Source of the DNA: Eledone cirrhosa
Taxonomy: Eukaryota
DNA length: 64,000 bases
NCBI GenBank assembly: GCA_964016885.1
Contig: OZ024740.1
Coordinates: 103,726,001 to 103,790,000 of the forward strand
Direction: 5' to 3'
The position numbers were made by a program, and so were the translations under genes. The notes beneath the pieces were generated by a model, which was not told the DNA's origin, searched no databases, and worked only from the letters and a program-made list of their open reading frames with translations. This document shows, piece by piece, positions 38,618 to 51,217 of the stretch (position 1 is its first letter; each line of letters begins with the position of its first letter).

Positions 38618-39241
38618 TTAAGCATTTAGTATGACTGTAGTCTAATGACTGAAACCAGTAAAAGAATATATACATTATTATGTGTTTTCAACTGATTCTA
38701 TTGAAGCTACTTTCCTTCCTTGTAGTTTTTAGATTTTAAACACTCCTAGAAAAAGATTTTGGCTACTAAAGTGATTGAAAGCTTTTCAACACATATTGTA
38801 TATCAGATAGAATATCACATATCAAATAAGCGATATGTGATATTCTATCACATCTGTATTTAATATCCTGAATGCTCCTCTGAGATTTTCCTACGGCCAT
38901 ATCATACGATATGTACATCTATTATAACTTTGAGAAAACAAAAAAACAAAAAAAAAAAAATAACACAAAAGAACTTTGTATTTACCACCTACTAACATTT
39001 TATCTACATCAGCCAGAACAAGTTCAAAACAACCATCACTGTACCAATAATACTATCATAGAAAATGCAAAGAATTTGAGTATTGCCTCTCTTCTAGCGA
39101 TCAAAAATATATTTTTAAAAAATATGTTCGCATATATGTGTGTGTGACTATGTCTATGTATGAGTATATATATATGTTTGCATCTGAAAATGTACATTAT
39201 TATGGTCATTACTTTGGGACACACTTATTTCATATATATAT

Positions 39242-39580
39242 GGAGGCACATGGCTTAGTGTTTAGAGCATTGGCCTTGCAATCGAAAGGTTGTGAGTTCA
39301 ATTCTCAGACCGGGTGATGTGTTGTTTCCTTGAGCAAGACACTTTATTTCAAATTGCTCCAGTTTACTCAGCTGTAGAAATGAGATGATAGGGACTGGGG
39401 TCCCAATCATTCCACTGCAGAGTGGACGTGTAGGCGCTATGGAAAAAAAGCACCCGGTACTCACTGTAAATGAGGTTGGTGTTAGGAAGGGCATCCAGCT
39501 GTAGAAATCAAGCCAGAATCAGTTCCCGTCCCACCCTTGCAAGCAGGGAAAAGCAGACGTAAAATGATGATGATGATGAT
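39242..39580 (+). mobile_element. SINE B
   Basis: Near identical to 48776-49122. Confidence 0.9.
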
Positions 39581-39583
39581 ATA

Positions 39584-39634
<51 letters not shown>

Positions 39635-39711
39635 TATTAGTAAAATATCATTGAAGGGTCCACTCCATTTAGGCTTGCAGGTCAGCCTCCTGATTTCTGT
39701 ACAGTGAATAG

Positions 39712-39772
<61 letters not shown>

Positions 39773-40214
39773 GTTTGTGTGTGTGTGTATAACTACCAGG
39801 CAAAAAAAAAAATCATAAACTGAGGTGTCTGTGATGTGGAGCGTACATAATTATAATTGAAATAGAGGAGAGATTAATGGAAAGGCCAAAATGCATGTTG
39901 TATCAATATATCAATAGAGAAAGGTGTCCTGAACTGCTTAACTCACATAAGATTAGGAACTATATACTAAAAACATAACCCAAACAGTGATTATAAACAT
40001 TTTACAATATCATCCACTCTTACCACTAGCATCTACCAACAAGATCAGCATTCAAACAAGTCTTTAACACACTGTAATCAGTTCTCTAATGTATTATTAT
40101 GGTATTTGCCAAATCAGTGCCCATCATAGTAATTATTAATTAATAGAGCTGGTAAACTGTTTGAAATTATTTATTCCAATGAAGTTTATCATAAATATTA
40201 TTATCATTATTATT

Positions 40215-40610
40215 GAGGCATAGAGTTATGGCCCTTTACGATCTCAGTTCAGATCCCATCGAGGTTAGCTTTGCCTTTCATCATTACGGGGTCAATAAAA
40301 TAAAGTACCAGTCATGCACTGGTGTCGATTTAATCGACTTTCTCTCCTCCAAAAGTTGTTGGCCTTGTGCCTGTAGTAGAAATCATTATTATTGGGGCAG
40401 TGGATTGGCAGCATGAGTAAAGTGTGGGACAACATGCTTCACAGCATAGAGTTATGTCACTTTATGTTCTGAGTTCAAATCACACCAAGGTTAGCTTTAC
40501 CTTTCATCCTTACAAAGTCGATAAAATAAAGCACCACTAATGCACTGGGGTCAATTTAATCGACAGTTCCCCTCTCGCCAAATTACTGACCTTGTGCCTA
40601 TAGTAGAAAC

Positions 40611-40643
<33 letters not shown>

Positions 40644-40852
40644 TGGAGTTGGAGGTGGATTGGCAGTATTGGTAGAGGGTCGGGCGCCATGCTTTGAAGC
40701 ATAGAGTTACCTCCCTTTATGATCTGAGTTCAAATCCCGCTGAGGTTAACTTTACCTTTCATCCTTACGGGGTCGATAAAATAAAGTACCAGTAATGCAC
40801 TGGATAATTGCTGGCCTGGTGCCAAAAGTAGAAACAATTATTACTGGAGTTG
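40215..40852 (+). mobile_element. Cluster of three SINE A copies; the last has TSD ttattactggagttg
   Basis: Family A motifs three times; duplication at about 40637 and 40838. Confidence 0.9.
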
Positions 40853-40888
40853 TGATAGATTAATAGATTTGTTAGTAAAATGAATTAA

Positions 40889-41106
40889 CCCTTTAGTATT
40901 TACATTACTCTATGTATACTGTTATATTTTCATAGTAAAGGCTTTACCTCACGTAATTATCTCACATAATATTGAATCTATGAGATTTTGATATTTCTTT
41001 TGAGAACAATACCTTAACATCAGTATGAGTGGCCAGTTATAGCTGATTTGAACAGAAAGAGGAGAGAGAATTCTGGCTGGATATGACCAGCTTAAATGCT
41101 AAAGGG
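40889..41106. mobile_element. piggyBac-type MITE, second copy
   Basis: TTAA-ccctttag...ctaaaggg-TTAA; internal similarity to 38393-38617. Confidence 0.88.
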
Positions 41107-41974
41107 TTAAATGCCTTGTAATAGTTAACTTTGTTTATGTACAGAGTTCAAACATTGATGAAATTTAAATACAAGTCAAGTAATGGAATCACTATATCTC
41201 TATTACTTCCTCTGACAAATATGTGACCTTATTGCTGTAGTAGAAATGGTTAATATCATTATTGGTAGGAGAGCAGTGGATAGCAGAATTAAGACAATGT
41301 AAGACAAAATGACTTTAAAAAAATTTAGTTATGCTCATTTATATTCTGAGTTCAAATATTGCCAAATTTAATTTCGCTTTTCATTCTTCCATCTTAGATA
41401 AAATTAAGTACCAATTATGTACTGGGGTCGATTAACTTCAATGTATTTCTTCCTAGAATTGTGAGCATATACCTATGTTAGAAATCATTTTTAGCAATAT
41501 TTGGTTTGGCGCTTTACGTTCTGAGTTCAAATTCTGCCGAGATCAATTTTGTTTTTCATCCTTCTGAGACTGATAAAATAAAGTACCAGTCAAGTACTCG
41601 AGTTGATATAAACAACACCCCACCCCCCACCACAAATAACTGGCCTCATGCTAAAATTAGAAACCTCTATTATTAAGGATGATAGCTGGTAAGATCACTT
41701 GAGCATTGAATGAAAAAAAAACGTGCCCTGTTTAGTTATGTCTATGTTTTGAGTTTAATTTGAAAAGAGCTGATAAAATGTGTACAAGTCACATCTTGTT
41801 CATACATACTGGTATGTATGAGCAAGATGTGGTTCTCTGATCTCTCTAGTCTTTGGGTGTGAAAACCTGTCCAATCCATGCCTGTGTAAAAAATAGACAC
41901 ATGATGATAATGATGATGACAACAACACTCGTTCTCCAAAGATACTGCAATCTACTGCCCTAATACCATCTTAA

Positions 41975-42520
41975 TAATTGTTTCTACTTTTTGGCACAAG
42001 GCCAACAATTATCCCAGTACATTACTGGTACTTTATTTTATCGACCCCGTAAGGATGAAAGGCAAAGTTAACCTCGGCGGGATTTGAACTCAGAATGGCA
42101 AGGGCCGTAACTATGCATCAAAGCATGGCGTCCGACCCTCTACCGATACTGCCAATCCACCGCCCTAAAATACCATCTTAATAATGAAATGATAAATTAT
42201 TTTAGTAAATCCTTCCAAATTCTACATTAATTAATTGAAATGATATTGAAAGTCTAAATCCTGACATATCTTCTATGTCACAGTTTGAAATGTTCGTTGG
42301 TATTATTTGATAGTATCGGTAGAGTCTCGGACAACATGTTTTGTGGCAGAGAGTTACAACCTTTTACGATCTGAGTTCAAATCCCACCAAGGTTAGCTTT
42401 GCTTTTCATCCTTACGGGGTCGATAAAATAAAGTACCAGTCATGCACTGGGGTCAATTAATCGAGTTTCCCCTCCCCCAAAATTGCTGGCCTTGTGCCTA
42501 TAGTAGAAATCATCATTATT
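41975..42520. mobile_element. SINE A minus (41975-42165, TSD aataccatcttaataat) and SINE A plus (42300-42520)
   Basis: Family motifs; TSD visible on both sides of the first copy. Confidence 0.9.
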
Positions 42521-43207
42521 ATTATTGATGCTATCAAATTGGATGGTGGCTTGGTTGAAACAGTAAAGCACCAGACTAAATTGCCAGAATATTCCAGCAT
42601 ACCACTCCTAGTAAGAGTGGAATCTCAATTCTGCAGATGGTTGACCAACTGGCATTCCATTTTCCCTGTGGTTTCATGGAAGTCTATTGTAGCAAATTGT
42701 TGATGGCTTGGTGTTGAAAGTCTTCAATATAGTCTAGCTACGTTAATATTTTTCTAGCTAGATTCTTCTTTATCAAAAAGGGGTTAACAGAAATTGTATA
42801 GAGCATTAATGGTATTACCATATGAAATGTTACAGATTTGTGTCAATTTTATTCCCAGTAGTCTTTATGCATAAAGCAACAATTGTTCAAGAAAGCTGGA
42901 GAAATTTTCACTTAATATGCTTTGCAAATAAAATGTCAGAAGTAAAATGGATTTTTCAAAAGTAAGATAACTAATATTTTGATTTTGATTTTGATTTTGT
43001 TTAATCAGTAGAGTATGGCTTATTTCTATGCTGGAATTCCAATTTAATGGTAATGAAACTAAACATTGTCAGATGTCTGATTGTAATCTTAAGCAAATTA
43101 CATCATTCTGCTATCACCATCAATCAACCAATCAAAAATGTAAATACCACTCCAGTTTTATGACTGAAGGTTGGCTAAGGACATGAGCCCTGAGTTGTAA
43201 AATATAA

Positions 43208-43320
<113 letters not shown>

Positions 43321-43342
43321 CATGTGTGTTTATATATATATC

Positions 43343-43661
43343 ATATTAAATTTAAGTGAAAAACTCTATTTATGGGAGCATAAGCCAGACAGACCATGGT
43401 TTCATAATGGTTCAATTACACGTGTTTTTGTACAGCATGCTGGATCAGCAATGTTATGTGCAATTTGATGATACATAATATGGTCTCTTGGAATTGAAGA
43501 ATAACTCCCCTGACAAATTTGTGGATTCTTCAAATGTTGGTTTTTTCCAACAAGAGAAACGATGGTAGAGAGATCGACATATAAGTGAAATTGACTAAAA
43601 TTATTTTTGGTCTGTTTGGCTTATGCTCCCATAAATAAAGTTTTTCACTTAAATTTAATAT
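43343..43661. mobile_element. Foldback/MITE-like element with ~52-bp terminal inverted repeats
   Basis: atattaaatttaagtgaaaaact..gggagcataagcca versus its reverse complement at 43607-43661. Confidence 0.7.
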
Positions 43662-44228
43662 GTAATATTGTTTCTGTGATTGATATTTTATCTATATATT
43701 CTATCCATTTATTGAAATGTTTAAGTATTAGAGACTAATTAATATTCTATTATTATTATATATATCATCATCATCATCATTTGATCATGTATCATTTGAT
43801 TCTTTGCTTATATATTTATTTAGTTGTTGTAACCCCAGGTTTGCAGCATTGATCAAGTAGACTTATCATTAAAATTGGTTTCCTCTATAAGCATTCCATG
43901 TTTAAATAATAGACAGTACATTGTCTAACATTTCTTTCATTTTCTTTTTAAGATAGCAGTAGAGTGTAATTTACTGTCAGAAGATTCTAGATATTACTGA
44001 AAGTGGTAGGACTATTCTCTTGCGTGTTTGTTGATCACAAAGTTTCACAAGTCGAAATAACTTACATAAATGTCTGATACATGACACAATATGAGAGGAA
44101 CTTATTTATATCTTCTGTTTAGAGGGGCCACAGTACTGTAACTTAAATATACATCACATCTAGGATTTAGATGTGAACACATTTAGGTAATTTTGATATA
44201 CATGTGGTGTCTATATATATATCACAAG

Positions 44229-44285
<57 letters not shown>

Positions 44286-44818
44286 ACACACCTAGTATCT
44301 AAATTTTCCACACCACAGTAACCCATACAGATATCTGGTATCACGTAGATATACATCCAGTATCAAAATGTATCACACAATAATAATTTATACATACAGG
44401 TACTGCCTAGATAAATCACTCCTTAGTAATTTATTTCTATATGTGGTGTCTTGATGTTTCATGTCACCTATATAATTCCCAAGGATGGCAAACTTCTAAC
44501 CATTTCCAATCATTTGCTGGTATTATATGACATCTATGCTTGGATATTGGTTGCCTATCAACAAGTGTTTGTAGCCAGTTAACCTCAGGCCAACGCCAAT
44601 TGAGCAGATCTATGATCAAAGAGATTCCAGTTGTGGCTTTTTTTTTGTAAGAGTATCTATGGCTACATTATCTAATGTGTCCTTTCCATAGAGTTAGATT
44701 TGAGAGAAATTTGGCTGCTTCTAGTAGATTGAGCAACCATGTAAAATCTTTCCCATCACCTCACTTAACATGTTTGGTTTAAGAGAAAGGTCAAGGAGCC
44801 TCTACTTAATATTGCTAA

Positions 44819-45003
44819 CGTGGATTGGCAGTATCGGTAGAGGGTCGGACGCCATGCTTTCCAGCATAGTTACGTCCCTTTACGATCTAAGTTCAAATCC
44901 CGCCGAGGTTGACTTTGCCTTTCATCCTTACGGGGTCGATAAAATAAAGTACCAGTAATGCACTGGGTAATTGCTGGCCTTGTGCCTAAAGTAGAAACAA
45001 TTA
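44819..45003 (+). mobile_element. SINE A
   Basis: Family A motifs. Confidence 0.9.
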
Positions 45004-46069
45004 TTTCATGGGCTTTATTGAAGTTAATATTTGTTGGCCATTGAATTCTGATTTGTAACTTCTTTTAGTTATTTTGTGTTGGGTATTAATATTCAATACC
45101 TTATAAATACAGAACCAGAGTTAGTTTATTTTATTCATTAATGTGGCTGTATAACAACTGGTACTGTTTGTTTATGTCTTGTAGTTTAGTGGTACAACAA
45201 ACAGATCGATAAAATAAGTATTCAATTTAAAAATAAGTACTAGGATCAATATGATTGGCTAAACTCTTCAGTCTTTTGACTGAAACCAGTAAAAGAATAA
45301 AAGTATTATTAATACAACTTGCTGCTTTCTCTTCTAAATAAATTTGTGAATGTGACCTTATAAATCTCTTCTATAAAGGATTAAGATATGTTTTTTAAAA
45401 ATAATTTCCAACATCAAGCCAGATAAAAAGAGAAATGTATAAAACAGAAAACAACAAAAAAGCCCCAAACCTATTGCAAATAACTGTTCATTTTCTTGGC
45501 TTATTAGTGTATTTCAGTACACAACAAGACCGTAAGAATATGCTTACTCAGAATAGGTAGTGATAGAGTCACTAGGAGTTAGCTGGTTTAAAAATTAGAT
45601 ACGTGTTTAGAATAAATAGCAAGTGCTGGTAAAGAAAGATACAAGTGAAACATGGTTTAATAAATGGCCATACACATACAGAGCACTGGTAAATCTCATA
45701 TGAAAACTTCTTAAGTTTTCCCAACATCAAAGATATTTCAGCAATAAGGTACTAAACATAACAATGGTATGAATATGAGTTCAAACCCAGGTTAAAGTGA
45801 AGTAGAAGACCAACTGAACATATGAGTATTTCCGATGTCGATATAAGCATCTTCAGATAAGTAGACAAACAACGATATTACTTTCAGGGATTAGTTTTAA
45901 ATTTCTTCCAACGCAACCAACCAAAAATATTAGTGGTAAAAACGAGGGTTACATATTTGGTGAGTGTCGGTAGTGATTAAAAAAACACAAGACAGTGACA
46001 AGCCATGAGAAGCTGCTGTCATGGTTGGTTATTAGAAATTCAGGGGAAAACACACCAAATTTCATTTAC

Positions 46070-46171
46070 CTGAGGCTGATGCTGAAGCAACAGCAGCAAC
46101 AAATAAACTTGCTGAGCCAAGGGCAGCGGGTTTAGGACTGCTTTCCACAACAGTCTGCACCGTTGGGGCAC
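46070..46171 (-). CDS. Probable CaMKII variable-linker exon: APTVQTVVESSPKPAALGSASLFVAAVASASAS
   Basis: Branch-like ctaat, acceptor ctccgtccttgctctag, donor cag|gtaaat, 102 nt, open phase 1-1, GC-rich island. Confidence 0.7.
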
Positions 46172-46682
46172 CTAGAGCAAGGACGGAGCCAGTATTAGTA
46201 GAAGTTTCAAACTATCTAGAAATCACCTTATTTATAAACACACTTGATTTACAACTTGTAATACTTAATGAAATGTCTTTTAATTAAATGAAAATAATGT
46301 TTAACAATGCAGCATGATTATCTAACAAACAGAGCTGTCTTTGAAATAAATATCCATTTTATTATTTAATGATTAAAATCAAAATAAACGAGACTAATTA
46401 CATTGTATATTTCTAGCAAAATAACAGTATAGGAAAAAAAGTAGTCATGAAAATTATGGAAAAATGTCTGAGAAAAAAAAGAAAAGAATATATTTTTAAA
46501 GAAAAAAAAAGAGCAAATTGTTAGGATCTTAGAGAAAGAAACGTTTATTGTATATTGACAAGAACTCCATGCAAAATATATTGATGTTAATGAACTCAAT
46601 CAGCTGACAAACCTTAATTAGTAGGTATATATTTTATATAGGAGGACATCTAAAATACAATGACCTATTTAAGGTCTACTAT

Positions 46683-46858
46683 TAGCACAAGGCCAGCAAT
46701 TATCCCAGTGCATTACTGGTACTTTATTTTATCGACCCCGTAAGGATGAAAGGCAAAGTTAACCTAGGCGGGATTTGAACTCAGAATGGCAAAGGCCGTA
46801 ACTCTATGCATCAAAGCATGGCGTCCAACCCTCTACCGATACTGCCAATTCACCGCCC
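46683..46858 (-). mobile_element. SINE A
   Basis: Family A motifs. Confidence 0.9.
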
Positions 46859-47919
46859 TTTAAGTATAATACTAGGCGATTTAGTTATTAATACCTAGTA
46901 TGTTTAATATACTAGGTTTTAGGAATATGGTATATTAGATTTAATATATTATGATTTACTAGTATAACAGTAAGGTCTATAAATATAATATTATAAGCTA
47001 TACTAATGTAATATACTAAAATACAGGTTTACTGATTGATATATTATAAGTCTCTCCCTTGACACTGTCATTATCATCATTTTATGCTTGCTCTCCATAC
47101 TGGCACGGGTTAGATGTATCACAGCAATTCAGGTCAGCTCTTACTGGTCAGGAGCCATGTCTTATTTGTATGTTCCATCTTTTCTTTGGCAGAATTTTTA
47201 TAACTGGATGCCACTCCTAATACCAACCAGTCTCCTCAGCAAGACTAAAGAGCCCTGCCTACCCTGCTGTGTCTCATTCACCAGTAACTTCACTGAGTCT
47301 ACTGGGCACATTTTATTATGGCACCAGTACTAAAGAGGTTGCTGTCCTCAGCAGAACCAAAGAGTCCTATTTAACCAGTGATGAAGCCGAGAGACCTGGG
47401 ATGAGAAGGTGATAGAGAGATTATGATGGTGACAACTGCACGACAGGAGTATGAGGGTGATAGAGAAGGAAATAATGGAGGTGAGACAGTGGTAGGAAAA
47501 ATGATGGTTATTCATATGGAGATTGAATAGAAACCCCAGCATAAATGGTGTGATGGGAGAAGAGTGAGTGATAGGAGGGAGGAAGAGCGATTTAAAAGGG
47601 AATAATGAAAGTTCCATCTACTTTGAGTGCTTAGCATTCTCCATATACATTTAATGTCTGTACTAGCACAGCCTTCTCTCCTACACATTACATCTGATTT
47701 CTCTTATATCCAGATTTCTTTCAACTTATTTATACTCTGTAATTTATGTACAATACAATTACATATCTCATGCAACATGCTCACTTCATTTATTTCTAGT
47801 CTCTGCAAATCGTCAGCATTTAAGGCTAATTTTGCAGTATTGCACTCTGTATACAAGTATCATACAATCTACCCTTCACTCTGATAGAGAGACCTTTTGT
47901 TACAAGCAGAGGTAATAGT

Positions 47920-48304
47920 GGTTTCTGATTTAGGCACAAGGCCAGCAATTTGGGGGAGGGGAGGGAAAAGTTGATTAAATCGACTCCAGTGCGTCACTGG
48001 TACTTTATTTTATCGAACCCTTAAGGATGAAAGGCAAAGTTAACCTCGGTGGGATTTGAACTCAGATCATAAAGGGCTGTAACTCTATGCTGCAAAGCAT
48101 GGCGTCCAGCCTCTACCGATACGATCAATCCACCGCCCTAAGGTCACTTAAATAATTGTTTCTACTTTTCAATTACCCAGTACATTACTGGTGCTTTATT
48201 TTAACAACCCCGTAAGGATGAAAGGCAAAGTTGACCTCGGCGGGATTTGAACTCAGAATGGAAAGGGCCGTAACTATGCGTCAAAGCATGATGTCCGACC
48301 CTCT
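47920..48304 (-). mobile_element. Two SINE A copies next to an old RTE remnant (47620-47915)
   Basis: Family A motifs twice. Confidence 0.85.
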
Positions 48305-48414
48305 AGGGAGCCTTCCAGGCATTTGAAAGTTTAAGTGCATCTGCCATGATATATATATATTTATATGTGTGTATATATAAAATGATGATGATATATATAT
48401 ATATATATATATCT

Positions 48415-48760
48415 CATCATCATTTTATGTCCGCTTTTCCCTGCTTGCAAGGGTGGGACGGGTCCTATCCAGCACAGCATCTCTCCACATGTCACGGTCC
48501 TTCGTCATCTCCTCAGTGAGTTTCAGCGATCTGAGGTTTGCTCTCACCACCTCCACCCATGTTTTTCGTGGTTTTCCTCTACTGGGATTTCTTGGGACTT
48601 CTTTACCCAGTGGTCATCCTCCATGCACATCACATGTCCATACAAGCTCAGTCTTCTCTCCCACACACCACAACTTATCCCTCTTAGACAGTTTCTCTCT
48701 CAACACATCTATGCTTGGTTGTTCACGCATCGTGACATTGCACATCCAACGGAGCACTTT
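48415..48760 (-). mobile_element. RTE family B 3' fragment with internal deletion
   Basis: Reverse match to 7625-7990. Confidence 0.88.
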
Positions 48761-48775
48761 TGTAGTTATATATAT

Positions 48776-49122
48776 AGGCACATGGCTTAGTGGTTAGAGC
48801 ATTGGCCTTGCAATCGAAAGGTTGTGAGTTCAATTCTCAGACCGGGTGATGTGTTGTTTCCTTGAGCAAGACACTTTATTTCACATTGCTCCAGTTTACT
48901 CAGCTGTAGAAATGAGATGATAGGGACTGGGGTCCATATCATTCCACTGCAAAATGGTCGTGAAGGTGCCACGGCAAAAAAGCACCCAGCACTCACTGTA
49001 AATGAGGTTGGTGTTAGGAAGGGCATCCAGCTGTAGAAATCAAGCCAGAATCAGTTCCCGTCTCACCCTTGCAAGCAGGGAAAAAGTGGACGTAAAATGA
49101 GATGATGATGATGATGATGATG
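48776..49122 (+). mobile_element. SINE B
   Basis: Full head, body and (GAT)n tail. Confidence 0.9.
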
Positions 49123-49165
49123 ATATATATATTTATTGATATATTATAATAATAATCTATACATA

Positions 49166-50213
49166 TATAGATTTTATATGTGGCCGGTGCTCAGGTGCAA
49201 TAAGTAGCAGCAAGTGCCCACAGAATACTAACTCATTTCATTGCACAGATGGTTCTATAGAAATAGTGGACACCTTCTGTTACCTGGGTGACAAAATCAG
49301 CAGTGGTGGAGGGTGCTCTGAAAGTACAGTAGCTAGAGTCAGAATGGGATGGAAAAAGTTCAGAGAGCTTATACCACTATTGGCCGCTAAAGGGTTCTCT
49401 CTAAAAATGAAAGGCAGGCTGTATGATGCCTGCATACGAACAGCAATGTTACATGGCAGTGAGACTTGGGCATTGTGTGCAGAGGATATACGCAGACTGG
49501 AGAGGAACGAAGCTTACATGCTCCGTTGGATGTGTAATAGTAATATACGTGAACGGCAAAGCATAAATGAACTAAGGGACAAATTAGGAATAAGAGGGAT
49601 CAGATGTTGTTTACTCGAGAGAAGACTACGTTGGGATGGTCACGTGATGCGCATGAAAGACAACAGCTGTATAACAAAGTGCAGAGCAATAAAGATAGAC
49701 GGTAGCCACGGAGTAGGCAGACCCAGAAAAACCTGGGACGAGCTGATAAATTCCGACCTCACACACTTACACCTCTCTAAGACAATGTCACTGGACCGAG
49801 ATCTTTGGCGCTACACAGTAATACAGAAGACCCACCTTGCCTAAGTACAAAGCGAAACCTACAGTCAGTCAGTAAAATACACCGCCGTCCCACTACCCCC
49901 ACCCCATCCCCACCACCCCTTTCAATGTAAAGTTATGTTGGTACCACAACATCCAGTCCGAAATAAATGAGATCATGTAGGTGTCACGACAAAAAAACAC
50001 ACAGTCCACGCTGTAATGTGGCCGTGTAGGTAACACGGTAAAAACCTCTCAGTCCACACTGTAAATGTGGTTGGTGTTAGGAAGGGCATCTAGCTGTAGA
50101 AAACCCGCCAGACAGTCCTATACGAGGAAGACAACCAATCTTACCTCAAGTGGGAAAATTCCCGTCCAAATCCATGCAAGCGTGGAAGATGGACTTTAAA
50201 CGATGATGATGAT
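49166..50213 (+). mobile_element. RTE family A, 5'-truncated copy
   Basis: ORF 49266-49844 and shared 3' UTR and tail. Confidence 0.95.
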
Positions 50214-51140
50214 ATATGTAAAACTGAAATATTCCTTGTGGTCTAAAGATATTAACTGCAGCTTTTATTTTTCAATTTTCTGTTGTTGAAAGGGTGTTAG
50301 GTGCCGGTTATCGATCTCTCTGTCTTTCTTAGTCTGTCATTTTAGATAGATACATAGCTATAACGTCGCACCCTTATAATATCTGTCTGTATATCTGACT
50401 ATCTGCATTACGACATTATGACAAACATTGTTCTCATTGATGATGTATTTTCTTCGCTATTTTCCCTTCATTGCTAGGGAACGTGTTCACAAACTAAAGT
50501 ATCATCTTCCTGTTTTCCTTCAGTTGCAATGTTTTTCGAAATATTTACTTCTGCGTTCACAGATTGAATTTTGTAGTTTCAGAAGATCCCGTTAAGGGTG
50601 AAAGCACATGTTGTAAGCAATGTCAATGTTACTGCTGCTACATAGGACTCCCATTACTACTGAACTTTCACCTTTGCGTTCTGCATTTCCGTCCGCAGGC
50701 CAACATGGAATGGTCTTCATTGTAGTCAGTTTATTGAGGGAGAAACAGAAGGGTTTCAAATTTGCCGTCCAAAAAAACCCATTGACAATAAGGAAAATCG
50801 CTAACATCAACGCAGAATGATACATTGTAGGTCGCTTTAACCCATCTTTTATTAATCAAAAAACTTCTTGCCAATAAACATTAACCCTTTGTGCGCCATT
50901 CATCTAACTGTAGACCAACAAATACCAACTAAACGGAGCGTTGACAAGAACGATGGCGAATGAATCTTCGAGGTAAGCAGTTTCCTCCCGAGTTGTTAGT
51001 TCATGGGGGATTCTCTGCTACACCTTTTCATAATAATACCGGACAACGTACTGCTGGTCATTCCTTCCTCCAAAAGCCGTACAAAGCGGACATGTGCATC
51101 GGGCAGATGGATCGGGTGCAAATCTACACCAGGCAAACCT

Positions 51141-51217
51141 ACACTCTTTCCACTAAGTTATTCTTTCTCTCTATCCGAGAGGGATAGAGAGAAAGAATAA
51201 CTTAGTGGAAAGAGTGT
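51141..51217. repeat. Perfect 36-bp-arm palindrome within the Helitron
   Basis: acactctttccactaagttattctttctctctatcc-gagag-reverse complement. Confidence 0.95.

Noticed and set aside
39242-39315. tRNA genes at SINE heads (GCA anticodon-like loop)
   Set aside because: Poor cloverleaf pairing and always continuous with a SINE body and tail
46172-46212. Longer version of the 46070 exon (FETSTNTGSVLAL)
   Set aside because: Would need a weak phase-0 acceptor; the segment looks like branch point plus polypyrimidine tract
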